The translations under genes and the position numbers were made by a program. The notes beneath the pieces were generated by a model. That model did not search any database and was not told the origin of the DNA. It was given only the letters and a program-made list of their open reading frames with translations. Source: Nitrosococcus oceani ATCC 19707 (GTDB lineage Bacteria; Pseudomonadota; Gammaproteobacteria; Nitrosococcales; Nitrosococcaceae). Taken from it: 32,000 nt of DNA. Location: positions 8,421 through 40,420 of the forward strand of contig NC_007483.1 in the NCBI RefSeq assembly GCF_000012805.1, in the 5' to 3' direction. Shown here one piece after another: positions 15,588 to 24,194 of this stretch (the first letter of the stretch is position 1; every line of letters begins with the position of its first letter).

Positions 15588-18338
15588 ATGGCTTTCGATC
15601 AAACCTACTGCATGGATACCCTCATTGCTGCGACCCGGCCTGATGCTGATCTCGGAGAGTTCATTTTTGCCTTTCTCGACGCCTATAACTTTCCCAAGGC
15701 GACGGTTACGCAGATTCGCAAGGGTGGTCAACGTAACGTCGCCAGCCGTAAAAATGAAGGGCACGTCGCGATGAAGAACTGGCTGTACTTCATGCCGGTG
15801 CGAGCGGGCGAGAGCATTCACGAGGCGCTCCAGGTACTGGCAGATGAAGAAGAGCCGCCGCGCCATAAGTGTCGCTTTCTGGTGGTGACCGACTATCAAG
15901 AACTCACTGCACTGGATACCAGGACGGATGAGCGTTTGGAGGTGATTCTCGGTGAGCTGGCCACCCAATACCTGTTCTTTGCCCCCATGGCGGGGCTTGA
16001 GCGTACCAAGCCATTTAGCGAAGAATCGGCCGACCTCAAGGCCGCCGCCAAGATGGGGCGGCTGTTTGATCGCCTGAAGGAAATCAACGAGTTTCAGACT
16101 CCCGAGCAGCTTCACGCGCTTAACGTGTTTCTGACCCGGTTGCTGTTCTGCTATTTCGCTGAGGATACCGGGATTTTCCCCAAGAACGCCTTCACCAAAG
16201 TGATCACCGAAGCTAGCGGCAAGAACGGCGAGGGGCTATCCGACCTACTAAAGCAGCTGTTCCGAGTGATGGATCAAGCCGAGGGCGAGCGACCGGCGGA
16301 CTTGCCAGCTCATATTGCCCAGTTCCCTTATGTCAACGGCGGCCTATTCCGTGACAACATGCCAGCCCCCAAGATGCGCGGTAAAGCCAGACGGATGATG
16401 ATCGAGTGCGGCAAACTCCAGTGGAAGGCCGTCAACCCCGATATCTTCGGCTCGATGTTTCAGGCGGTAGTAGACGAAAAGAGCCGTGACTCGTTGGGCC
16501 AGCACTACACCTCTGTACCGAACATCATGAAGGTGATCCGTCCCCTGTTCCTCGACAAGCTGTATGCCGACCTGCACAAGTCAAAGGGCAAACGCAGGCA
16601 ACTGGAAGCACTACTGGTACGGCTGGCCCGTATTTGGGTGTTCGATCCGGCGATGGGCTCCGGCAATTTTCTGATCATCGCCTATAAGGAACTGCGCCGA
16701 CTGGAGATGGCCACCTTCCGGTCACTTCAAGCTATGAGTGGTAGTGGCCAGCAGGAAATTTTCATGAGTGGCATCCAGCTCAGCCAGTTCTATGGTATCG
16801 AGATCGACGATTTCGCGCACGAAATTGCCCAGCTATCCCTATGGCTGGTTGAGCATCAGATGAACACGCTGTTTGTAAAGGAGTTTGGTCATGCTGAGCC
16901 AGTGCTACCGCTAAAAGATACTGCCAACTTGGTGCAAGGAAATAGCCTTCGGATGGATTGGCAGAAGGTATGTCCCAATGATGGCAGCGCTGAAATATAT
17001 GTATGCGGGAACCCGCCATTTATTGGCCATGGTAGTCGAGAGAATAGCCAGCTCGACGATATGCGATTGGTGTTAGGGCAGCTGATTCGCACATACAAGT
17101 CCCTCGACTATGTGGCCTGCTGGTTCTTTTTGGCTGCGGAATACTGTCGCCACGGGACAGCAAACGCCGCCTTTGTGTCGACGAACTCTCTATGCCAAGG
17201 CAAACAAGCGGGGCTACTGTGGCCGTTGTTGGTAGATATGGGGATGAAAATCAGCTTTAGCTACCAAACTTTCCCTTGGCGGAACAGTGCAAAGGGTAAC
17301 GCAGGTGTGCATGTTGTGGTCATTGGGCTGGCTGCTCATAACGGACCACGGGTACTCTTCAACCGTATTGATGGTGCCTGGCATCGTAAAGAAGTTACGA
17401 ACATCAGCCCCTATCTACTAGAAGGAGGCGACACTGTTGTACGGGAGCGACGAGATCCGCTAATTCAGGACGCATTACCAATGTACTTTGGCAATATGCC
17501 TAACGACGGTGGCCACCTCCTGTTGACCGCAGGGGATAAAGAGAAGTTAATCGCACAAGAGCCCGCGGCAGAGGCTTGGATCAAGCGCTTAATGGGGGCT
17601 AAAGAGTTCCTGCAAGGCCATGAGCGCTGGTGTCTGTGGTTGGTTAATGCCACGAAAGAAGAAATCGATGCTATGCCTGTGGTTCGCGAGCGAGTGGAGC
17701 GTGTGCGGGAAACACGTCTTGCTAGCAAAGATGCTGGCGCACGAAAGCTCGCCGAACGGCCGCACCAATTCCGAGACCTTAATAACCCGGAAAGCTTCAT
17801 TTTAGTCCCAAGCGTTACATCCGAGCGCCGGAAATATGCGCCCGTCGGGATTTTTGAAGAAGACGTAATTGCTACTAACCTAACATTAATCATTCCAGAT
17901 GCTGGGTTATACGATTTCGCCATTCTTTCCACGCAAATGCACATGGACTGGCTACGCCTGGTGGGAGGCCGTTTAGAAAGCCGTTACCGCTATTCTGCAA
18001 CTATCGTCTACAACACCTTCCCTTGGCCCAATGCTACCGAAGCACAGCGTAACGCTATCGAAAAACTAGGCCGAGCCGTTATTCTGGCGCGTGCAGCGCA
18101 TCCCGATAAAACCATGGCCCAGCTTTATGACCCGGACAAGATGCCGGACAAACTGCTGGAGGCCCACCAAGCACTGGACCGCGCCGTGGAGCGCCTGTAT
18201 CGGGAGCGCCCCTTCCGCGATACCGCTGAGCGTCAGGAATATCTGCTGGCCCGCTATGAGTCGCTGATTGAGGCGGAGAAAACCGCCAAGGCTGGTAGCA
18301 GGAAACAGCCTCGAAAAGCCACGAGTATGGAGAGTTAA
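15588..18338 (+). CDS. MmeI-family (type IIL/IIG-like) N6-adenine DNA methyltransferase/specificity protein, N-terminal nuclease motif apparently degenerate
   Basis: 916 aa (MmeI is about 919 aa). Long collinear matches to my recollection of MmeI include LLFCYFAEDTGIF, FPYVNGGLF, HYTS, VFDPAMGSGNFLI (SAM motif I), GIEIDDFAHEIAQLSLWLVEHQMN, GNPPFIG (motif IV, nt 17010-17021), AFVSTNSLCQGKQAGLLWP, RWCLWL, VGGRLESRYRYSATIVYNTFPWP and LYDPDKMP..LLEAHQALDRAV. Confidence 0.9.
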   Translation: MAFDQTYCMDTLIAATRPDADLGEFIFAFLDAYNFPKATVTQIRKGGQRNVASRKNEGHVAMKNWLYFMPVRAGESIHEALQVLADEEEPPRHKCRFLVVTDYQELTALDTRTDERLEVILGELATQYLFFAPMAGLERTKPFSEESADLKAAAKMGRLFDRLKEINEFQTPEQLHALNVFLTRLLFCYFAEDTGIFPKNAFTKVITEASGKNGEGLSDLLKQLFRVMDQAEGERPADLPAHIAQFPYVNGGLFRDNMPAPKMRGKARRMMIECGKLQWKAVNPDIFGSMFQAVVDEKSRDSLGQHYTSVPNIMKVIRPLFLDKLYADLHKSKGKRRQLEALLVRLARIWVFDPAMGSGNFLIIAYKELRRLEMATFRSLQAMSGSGQQEIFMSGIQLSQFYGIEIDDFAHEIAQLSLWLVEHQMNTLFVKEFGHAEPVLPLKDTANLVQGNSLRMDWQKVCPNDGSAEIYVCGNPPFIGHGSRENSQLDDMRLVLGQLIRTYKSLDYVACWFFLAAEYCRHGTANAAFVSTNSLCQGKQAGLLWPLLVDMGMKISFSYQTFPWRNSAKGNAGVHVVVIGLAAHNGPRVLFNRIDGAWHRKEVTNISPYLLEGGDTVVRERRDPLIQDALPMYFGNMPNDGGHLLLTAGDKEKLIAQEPAAEAWIKRLMGAKEFLQGHERWCLWLVNATKEEIDAMPVVRERVERVRETRLASKDAGARKLAERPHQFRDLNNPESFILVPSVTSERRKYAPVGIFEEDVIATNLTLIIPDAGLYDFAILSTQMHMDWLRLVGGRLESRYRYSATIVYNTFPWPNATEAQRNAIEKLGRAVILARAAHPDKTMAQLYDPDKMPDKLLEAHQALDRAVERLYRERPFRDTAERQEYLLARYESLIEAEKTAKAGSRKQPRKATSMES

Positions 18339-18341
18339 GGC

Positions 18342-20423
18342 ATGACGGAACTGATCAAGGTTGAATACGGTCGCACCGGCAAGAGTACCAATAGCAATAC
18401 CTTGGGTATGCGGGAGATGCAGGCCCGAGCATACGAAAAACGCGACAGTCAGTACTTGTTGCTCAAGGCACCACCGGCCTCCGGCAAATCGCGAGCACTG
18501 ATGTTTCTGGCCCTCCATAAGCTCCATTGCACTGGCCTGCGCAAAGCCATCGTTGCTGTGCCGGAGATATCGATTGGGGCATCCTTTAAGAGCACCGACC
18601 TTACTACTCACGGCTTCGAGTGGGACTGGCACGTGGAAGACCGCAACGACCTATGCCGCGCCGGCAATGACAGCGGCAAGGTGGACGCTTTCTGTCGCTT
18701 CATGGCGAGCCCGACCGATCGTATCCTGGTCTGCACCCACGCCACGCTGCGATTCGCGTTTGCCAAGCTCGGTCCTAGCGACTTTGATGACTGCCTGGTG
18801 GCCATCGACGAATTTCACCATGTCTCGGTCGATGAAGGCAACCGTCTGGGTGGATTGATCGACGATCTGATGCTGGGCGCCACGGCGCATATCGTGGCGA
18901 TGACCGGCAGTTACTTCCGCGGTGACGCCGCACCGATCCTGCTGCCGGACGACGAAGCCCGTTTCAACAAAGTGACCTACACTTACTACGAACAGCTCAA
19001 CGGCTACCGCTATCTGAAGTCACTGGGCATTGGCTACCATTTCTACCCAGGGCGCTACCTCGATGCGATTAATGAGGTGCTTGATCCTGATAAGAAAACC
19101 ATCGTCCATATTCCCAACGTCAACAGCGGCGAAAGCACCAAAGACAAGTATAGTGAGGTCGATCATATTCTCGATGCGCTGGGTGAGGTGGAGGCCCAGG
19201 ACAGCCAGACCGGTATCGTAACAGTGCGCCATCCCTCGGGACGCTTGCTCAAGGTTGCTGACCTGGTAACGGATACGCCTATCCGCCGCGATGTGCAGGA
19301 GTATCTGCGCGGCGTAGAGCACCCCGAAGACGTGGACGTGATCATTGCCTTGGGTATGGCCAAGGAAGGCTTTGACTGGCCGTTCTGTGAGCATGTACTG
19401 ACCATTGGCTATCGCCGATCGATGACCGAGATTGTCCAGATCATCGGGCGTGCCACGCGTGACAGCGAGGGCAAGACTCATGCCCAGTTCACTAACTTGA
19501 TCGCTCAGCCGGACGCAGACGATGAGGACGTGAAGGTCAGCGTCAACAACCTACTCAAGGCGATCACGGTGTCACTGCTGATGGAACAAGTGCTGGCACC
19601 TAGCGTGTCCTTTAAGCCGCGTTCGCGGATGCAGGCGGGTGAAGAGACGGAGCCAGGCACGATAATCATTGAGGATACTCAGGCGCCAGTCTCGGACAAG
19701 GTGATCAGCATCCTCCAGTCAGGCGGCCAGGAAGACATTATTGCCGCACTCCTGCAAAAGTCGGAAGTGGCTGCTGCGGCAGTGACGGAGGTTGTCGAGC
19801 CTGAGGTAATCAATGAGTTCGAACTACCTAAGGTTATCGAGCGTCTGCACCCTGAGCTGGATGCTAACGAGCGCGAGCTACTCCGCGAGACAGTGCTAAC
19901 CACCATGGGTGCCCGCGCCACAGGCGGGTTGTTTAACGAAGAAGACTTGCCCGAAGGCGCTGAGATACATGAGCCTGGCCAAATCTATGACACACATGGC
20001 GATGGGCAGCCGGCCGAGCTCGGTACTGCGTCCGATGGACGTGACCTCAGTGATGACAGCAGCGAGGGTGGGGCATCGGGCAGCCGTCAGTTCCTCAAAA
20101 TTGGCGATAAGTTCGTTAACATCGAACACCTCAATATTGACTTGATCAATCAGATCAACCCTTTCCAAGGGGCCTATGAAATTCTCTCCAAGGCGCTGAC
20201 GGCACCGGTGCTCAAGGCGATTCAGGACACCGTGGTAGGCGACCGGGCGCAGATGACCGAGGAGGAAGCGGTGATATTGTGGCCCAGAATTGTAGAGTTC
20301 AGGAAAGCTAAGGGACGAGCACCGATGGTGCATAGTGATGATCACATGGAGGTCCGCTACGCTCTGGCACTGGCCTATATCCAGCATAAAAAGCGTGAGC
20401 GTATGCAGGAGGCCACAACATGA
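18342..20423 (+). CDS. SF2 DEAD/DEAH-box (ResIII-like) helicase with a C-terminal extension of about 260 aa
   Basis: 693 aa. Motif I is KAPPASGKSR, motif II AIDEFHH, motif III MTGSYFRGD and motif VI QIIGRATRD. The start lies 3 nt after the MTase stop and is preceded by GGAGAG. The stop overlaps the next gene (ATGA). Confidence 0.85.
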   Translation: MTELIKVEYGRTGKSTNSNTLGMREMQARAYEKRDSQYLLLKAPPASGKSRALMFLALHKLHCTGLRKAIVAVPEISIGASFKSTDLTTHGFEWDWHVEDRNDLCRAGNDSGKVDAFCRFMASPTDRILVCTHATLRFAFAKLGPSDFDDCLVAIDEFHHVSVDEGNRLGGLIDDLMLGATAHIVAMTGSYFRGDAAPILLPDDEARFNKVTYTYYEQLNGYRYLKSLGIGYHFYPGRYLDAINEVLDPDKKTIVHIPNVNSGESTKDKYSEVDHILDALGEVEAQDSQTGIVTVRHPSGRLLKVADLVTDTPIRRDVQEYLRGVEHPEDVDVIIALGMAKEGFDWPFCEHVLTIGYRRSMTEIVQIIGRATRDSEGKTHAQFTNLIAQPDADDEDVKVSVNNLLKAITVSLLMEQVLAPSVSFKPRSRMQAGEETEPGTIIIEDTQAPVSDKVISILQSGGQEDIIAALLQKSEVAAAAVTEVVEPEVINEFELPKVIERLHPELDANERELLRETVLTTMGARATGGLFNEEDLPEGAEIHEPGQIYDTHGDGQPAELGTASDGRDLSDDSSEGGASGSRQFLKIGDKFVNIEHLNIDLINQINPFQGAYEILSKALTAPVLKAIQDTVVGDRAQMTEEEAVILWPRIVEFRKAKGRAPMVHSDDHMEVRYALALAYIQHKKRERMQEATT

Positions 20424-21760
20424 TTCGTACCCGCCGCGAGCCCTTCAAGCGCCGAACGCTAGATGACATCTTTGCAGAGCCTGACAGTCTTGGTCTGCTT
20501 GACGTGGGTCCTAAGCGTGCTGCCGCGCCGACCGCTAATCAACGATTAGTAGCCAGGCTTCAGACGATTGCGGCTTTCGTCAGCGAGCAGGGGCGCGAGC
20601 CTACTCAGAACGCTGATGATCTTGGCGAGGCGACCCTGGCCGTGCAGTTGAGCGCCATACGCGCCAACCCTGAGCATGTGGCCGCCTTGACCGTCTGGGA
20701 TACTCATGGGTTGCTGGAAGCGTCAGTGGCCCGTGAGCTCCGACCCAGCGCGCTGGCAACGACTGCATCAGCGCCAGCACCGCCTGTTGAAGGAGATAGC
20801 TCTGCACCTTCAACGATGCCCCCTCAACAGGAGACCACATCTCCCGATGCGGTCACCTCATTGGAGGATATCTGGGCTAGTGATGTTCTGGGCCTATTGG
20901 GCAGCGCTGATGAGAACGTGGACTCGATATTCGACCTGCAACACGTATCCAAGGTTGAATATAAAGACTTGCCGGACGAAATCGCGCAGCGCACCCACTG
21001 CGATGACTTTTATCGCTTCGAGAGCCTGTTTGATGAAGTGCGCCAGGAGCTCCGCTCCGGTGATGCCGAGGCGGTGCCTTTCCAGAGGGAGTCCCAGATC
21101 GCTGAAGGGGATATGTTTATTCTCAACGGCATGATCTGTATTACGGATCAGGTAGGCAAGGAGAGTATCGGTGCCGGCACCAAATTCAATCCTCGTCTGC
21201 GCGTCGTCTACGACAACGGTACAGAGTCTAACCTGTTGCTGCGCTCACTGGCCAGGGCGCTCTACAAAGACAAAGTTGGGCGGCGCATTCTGCGGCCCGA
21301 TAGCACTTTCGATGCCATGCGCGGTATCACGCATCGTGACAAGCGCACCGGCATGATTTATATCCTACGCTCGCTGAGCCTGAATCCAGCGCTAAACGGT
21401 ATACGTAATCTTCATAAGATCGGCTACACTGAGAAAGACTTGGATGCCCGCCTAGCCAGTGCAGAAAAGCAACAAACGTACCTCGAAGCACCGGTCAAGG
21501 TCGTTGCCTCCTTCGACTGCTACAACCTCGATCCACGTCGTTTCGAACGCCTCGTCCATACCATGCTCCACCATCAGCGCGTTAACGTCACGCTCCACGA
21601 CCGCGATGGTAGCACTTACCGCCCTCGCGAATGGTTTGATGTAGAGCTAGAAACCGCCCGTGAAGTGGTCAACCGTATTGTGGATGGCACCATCGCACAG
21701 TACCGGATGGATAACACCACTGGAAGGTTGGTGGCGAAAAGAGAAAAAGACGTTGGCTGA
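20420..21760 (+). CDS. T5orf172/MUG113 (GIY-YIG superfamily-like) domain protein with N-terminal domain and Pro/Ser/Ala-rich linker
   Basis: 446 aa. The C-terminal GMIYILRSL....LHKIGYTEKDLDARL......VKVVASFDCYN.RRFERLVHTML.......REWFDV fits the T5orf172 pattern (G.iYil...........KIG.T...............E..lH........EWF). There is a 4-nt overlap with the helicase gene. Confidence 0.75.
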   Translation: MIRTRREPFKRRTLDDIFAEPDSLGLLDVGPKRAAAPTANQRLVARLQTIAAFVSEQGREPTQNADDLGEATLAVQLSAIRANPEHVAALTVWDTHGLLEASVARELRPSALATTASAPAPPVEGDSSAPSTMPPQQETTSPDAVTSLEDIWASDVLGLLGSADENVDSIFDLQHVSKVEYKDLPDEIAQRTHCDDFYRFESLFDEVRQELRSGDAEAVPFQRESQIAEGDMFILNGMICITDQVGKESIGAGTKFNPRLRVVYDNGTESNLLLRSLARALYKDKVGRRILRPDSTFDAMRGITHRDKRTGMIYILRSLSLNPALNGIRNLHKIGYTEKDLDARLASAEKQQTYLEAPVKVVASFDCYNLDPRRFERLVHTMLHHQRVNVTLHDRDGSTYRPREWFDVELETAREVVNRIVDGTIAQYRMDNTTGRLVAKREKDVG

Positions 21761-21909
21761 TTCCGACCCAAGGCAGACGCTTACAAACTAGATATGCTCC
21801 CGAGTAGCGAGCCAGCTTCGGAATCAACCGTTTTTTTCACTGCCGCTAATGACTAATGATTTACGCGCTCATTCTTGCGGTGCTCCGTCCCCGTCGCCAT
21901 CCAGAGGGG

Positions 21910-22209
21910 TCATCCTACAAGCCAAATACCACCCGCCTCGGCGGCAGAGCTGGTCATCTCCTTGCAGTAGCACTTAGGACCATACACACGTAGAGGACGC
22001 TTGCTTGCCAAATGCCAAACGCTTTGCCCGGTTGCCGTAGGGCTGATGCTTCTCTGGCCGCCTATTTCAGTCAGGCGCACTTTAATTGGTTGGTCACCGG
22101 CTGCTAGCAGGGTAAGCGTATCGCCGTCAGTTATTCCCACCACGCGTCCAGTGTGGTCGGCCAAAGCCGCCAGGGAGAAAAACAGAAACAGGATTATTAT
22201 TTTTCTCAT
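21910..22209 (-). pseudogene. Frameshifted, truncated staphylococcal-nuclease-like thermonuclease gene
   Basis: The signal peptide plus GRVVGITDGDTLTLL...IKVRLTEI matches the SNase N-terminus. The expected continuation (PEKHQPYGNRAKRLAFGKQ) is in another frame from about 22057 and stops at 21974. At least one frameshift and a premature stop are present. Confidence 0.55.
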
Positions 22210-22372
22210 AGCTACCTCGACAAAAGAAAACTCCGTCTGAGGGAAATTTCCTATGAAACCGAATCAGCATAGCTATCCATGAGAAACATCTATTCTCTTC
22301 AACCAAGGGGATATTGCGTAGCGGAATCGGTCGTGGGCCAACCGCTCAAAGGCGGCCGGGTCCGGGAAGAGT

Positions 22373-23383
22373 TCAATCCTTGTCTTTATATTGCCAGAAA
22401 GCGTCAGTACACCAGTTGTCTGGCAGTCCCATTGCTTGTTTGGATATCTCTGGGAAGTCCTGCAATAGCTCGATTAAATGCTGGTGCCAGCGGGTATGCG
22501 GGCTGACCCGTTGCATCAAATAGTGCAGCACCGCCAGCACCACGGCGACGCGAGTGTGTGGGGTGCTCCGGCGCAGATAGCTGGGCCAGGGGAAATTCTG
22601 CTGCTTGGGCAACTCCGGCTTGATCCCCAGTTCACGATTCCACAGGCGGGCATGGTGGGCACAAATATTGCGCACCATGCTCAGGGTATGTAGCCAGGAA
22701 TCCAGCAAAGGCGCCGGGACGGTCAGTCGTTGGCCGATGGACTTGCGGTCATGATCTTTTGCCAATCCCTTGAACAGGTGCGATAGATCACCCAGCGTCA
22801 ACTCTTCAAGCATCGCCCAACCTGGCATCAAGGCAGGATCATCGTAGCTGAGCGCATAGTGGCGGGCGTAGCTTTCCTGAGCCCGGCGCTGTCGAAGCTG
22901 TTCCTTGTGTGCCTCATCGGCACGGGTCAAGCGGCGGTTGATGCGGTCCACCTCGCGCTTGTAGTCCCGCAGCGCTTTTTGCTGCGTGCCTTCGATGCTA
23001 TCCAGCAAGCGTTTATGTTTATAGCGATCCTTGAACAGCCTACGGTGCAGATACCAATGCGCGCCATGGATAGGCCCCATGTGGTTGGAAATAGCCGCTC
23101 TGGTGGCTACCTCCACACGCTTGATGGCATCTATAACGAGCAGCCGCAAGCGATGGTCGAAGTCATACAGACGGCTGATCTGGCCAAAGCCGGTGCCAGG
23201 TTGAAAAGCATGATCGGGGTCCTCATGGACTTGAAATGGCCTCATGTAGGGCGTCAGACGGAAGAAGCTCACCGCTTCCAGAAAGAGCGCCGCACGGGCC
23301 TCATCCTGTATCTGAATGCCTCGTCTCTTAAGTAGAGCCAGTTGCTCAGCGACGGTAATTGCAGGCTTAACGAACTGCCTCAT
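22373..23383 (-). CDS. Abi_2 (AbiD/AbiF-like) abortive-infection family protein
   Basis: The likely start is ATG 23383, preceded by GGGAGGTGGG. MRQFVKPAITVAEQLALLKRRGIQI.DE..A..FLEAVSFFRLTPYMRPF..., YDFDHRLRLLVIDAIKRVEVATRAAISNHM and VRNICAHHARLWNR are typical of the Abi_2 family. Confidence 0.8.
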   Translation of the reverse strand: MRQFVKPAITVAEQLALLKRRGIQIQDEARAALFLEAVSFFRLTPYMRPFQVHEDPDHAFQPGTGFGQISRLYDFDHRLRLLVIDAIKRVEVATRAAISNHMGPIHGAHWYLHRRLFKDRYKHKRLLDSIEGTQQKALRDYKREVDRINRRLTRADEAHKEQLRQRRAQESYARHYALSYDDPALMPGWAMLEELTLGDLSHLFKGLAKDHDRKSIGQRLTVPAPLLDSWLHTLSMVRNICAHHARLWNRELGIKPELPKQQNFPWPSYLRRSTPHTRVAVVLAVLHYLMQRVSPHTRWHQHLIELLQDFPEISKQAMGLPDNWCTDAFWQYKDKD

Positions 23384-23440
23384 CCCACCTCCCGCTGAGC
23401 GCAGGCAATAAAAAACCCGCACGATTTGAGCATGACTGCC

Positions 23441-23470
23441 GAGGCAAACATAGGCGAGGCAAACATAGGC
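23441..23470. repeat. Direct tandem repeat 2 x 15 bp (GAGGCAAACATAGGC) upstream of the Abi_2 gene
   Basis: Read directly. It lies 58 bp upstream of the preferred Abi_2 start. Function unknown. Confidence 0.5.
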
Positions 23471-23791
23471 TTGGCGGGTATATTAAAGGCAAGTATAGAC
23501 CATTCGCGTCTATAGGGCTAGCTTCTGTCCAAAGACCGCTGCCGGACGGAGCTGTTTTTACTAGGTCCGAGTCCGGCTAAGCGGTTATCCACCGCTGCGA
23601 CTCGCGCTCGCGGATTAAATATAGATTAAAGAAAGGCACAAACTCCGCAAAAAATAAGGCACGTAGTTCGAGCGACCGAGACTCCTAAAAAATTACCCAT
23701 TATTATCTTATTATCAATTGCTTACGAAATTTTTGTTTTTTCACTAATCTTTCCTTTTGCTTGCGCGTGTTTGTACTGCCCCGAATCGGAT

Positions 23792-23960
23792 TCACTCCGC
23801 CTTTATCAGCTTGGGCTGGGTCAACGAACCATCCAGCGCGGCCTCGGCCGGCCAATACAGGCGCATGTACATGGCAAATGGTCCTTTCGGTGCGGGCAAT
23901 CAGTTGGATTCCTTCTATTCAAAATTGAGACAGCGCGTCGCGGCTTCAGTATGATGCTCA
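23792..23960 (-). pseudogene. Decayed 3' remnant of a DUF1214/DUF1254-type gene
   Basis: The reverse strand reads ...KESN*LPAPKGPFAMYMRLYWPAEAALDGSLTQPKLIKAE*. This resembles the conserved C-terminal end (NWLPAP.GPF....RLY.P......G.W..P.i) with the Trp codon changed to TGA and further stops upstream. Confidence 0.4.
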
Positions 23961-24194
23961 CCTCAACTTCTGCCAGTCAACTTTTGACATCCCCTCGCCC
24001 TGAACGGCGGGGACTCCAGCGCGAAAATTTAGAGGACATCGCATCAGGCGCACTTCTCATGCCATCTCTCTGCAACATTTCTTTTGCAAGATATTCAAAT
24101 ACCCCACGGCTCTTAATGCTCCCCTTTTGGCGGTACTTCACACAAAACCCCAGAAAGTAAAATCGCAATGGTAACTCCAAGGGCTTTGTGTCCC

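Noticed and set aside
15585-16115. 176-aa minus-strand ORF, and similar antisense ORFs at 7158-7721, 18066-18632, 19020-19481 and 19896-20387
   Set aside because: All lie antisense within long, motif-rich plus-strand genes and carry no recognisable domains. They are typical shadow ORFs.
21759-21837. Possible terminator after the T5orf172 gene (GATTCCGA ... TCGGAATC followed by TTTTTTT)
   Set aside because: The 8-bp stem encloses a 51-nt loop and lies 5 nt from the T-run, which is atypical for an intrinsic terminator. It may still form a structure but cannot be supported.
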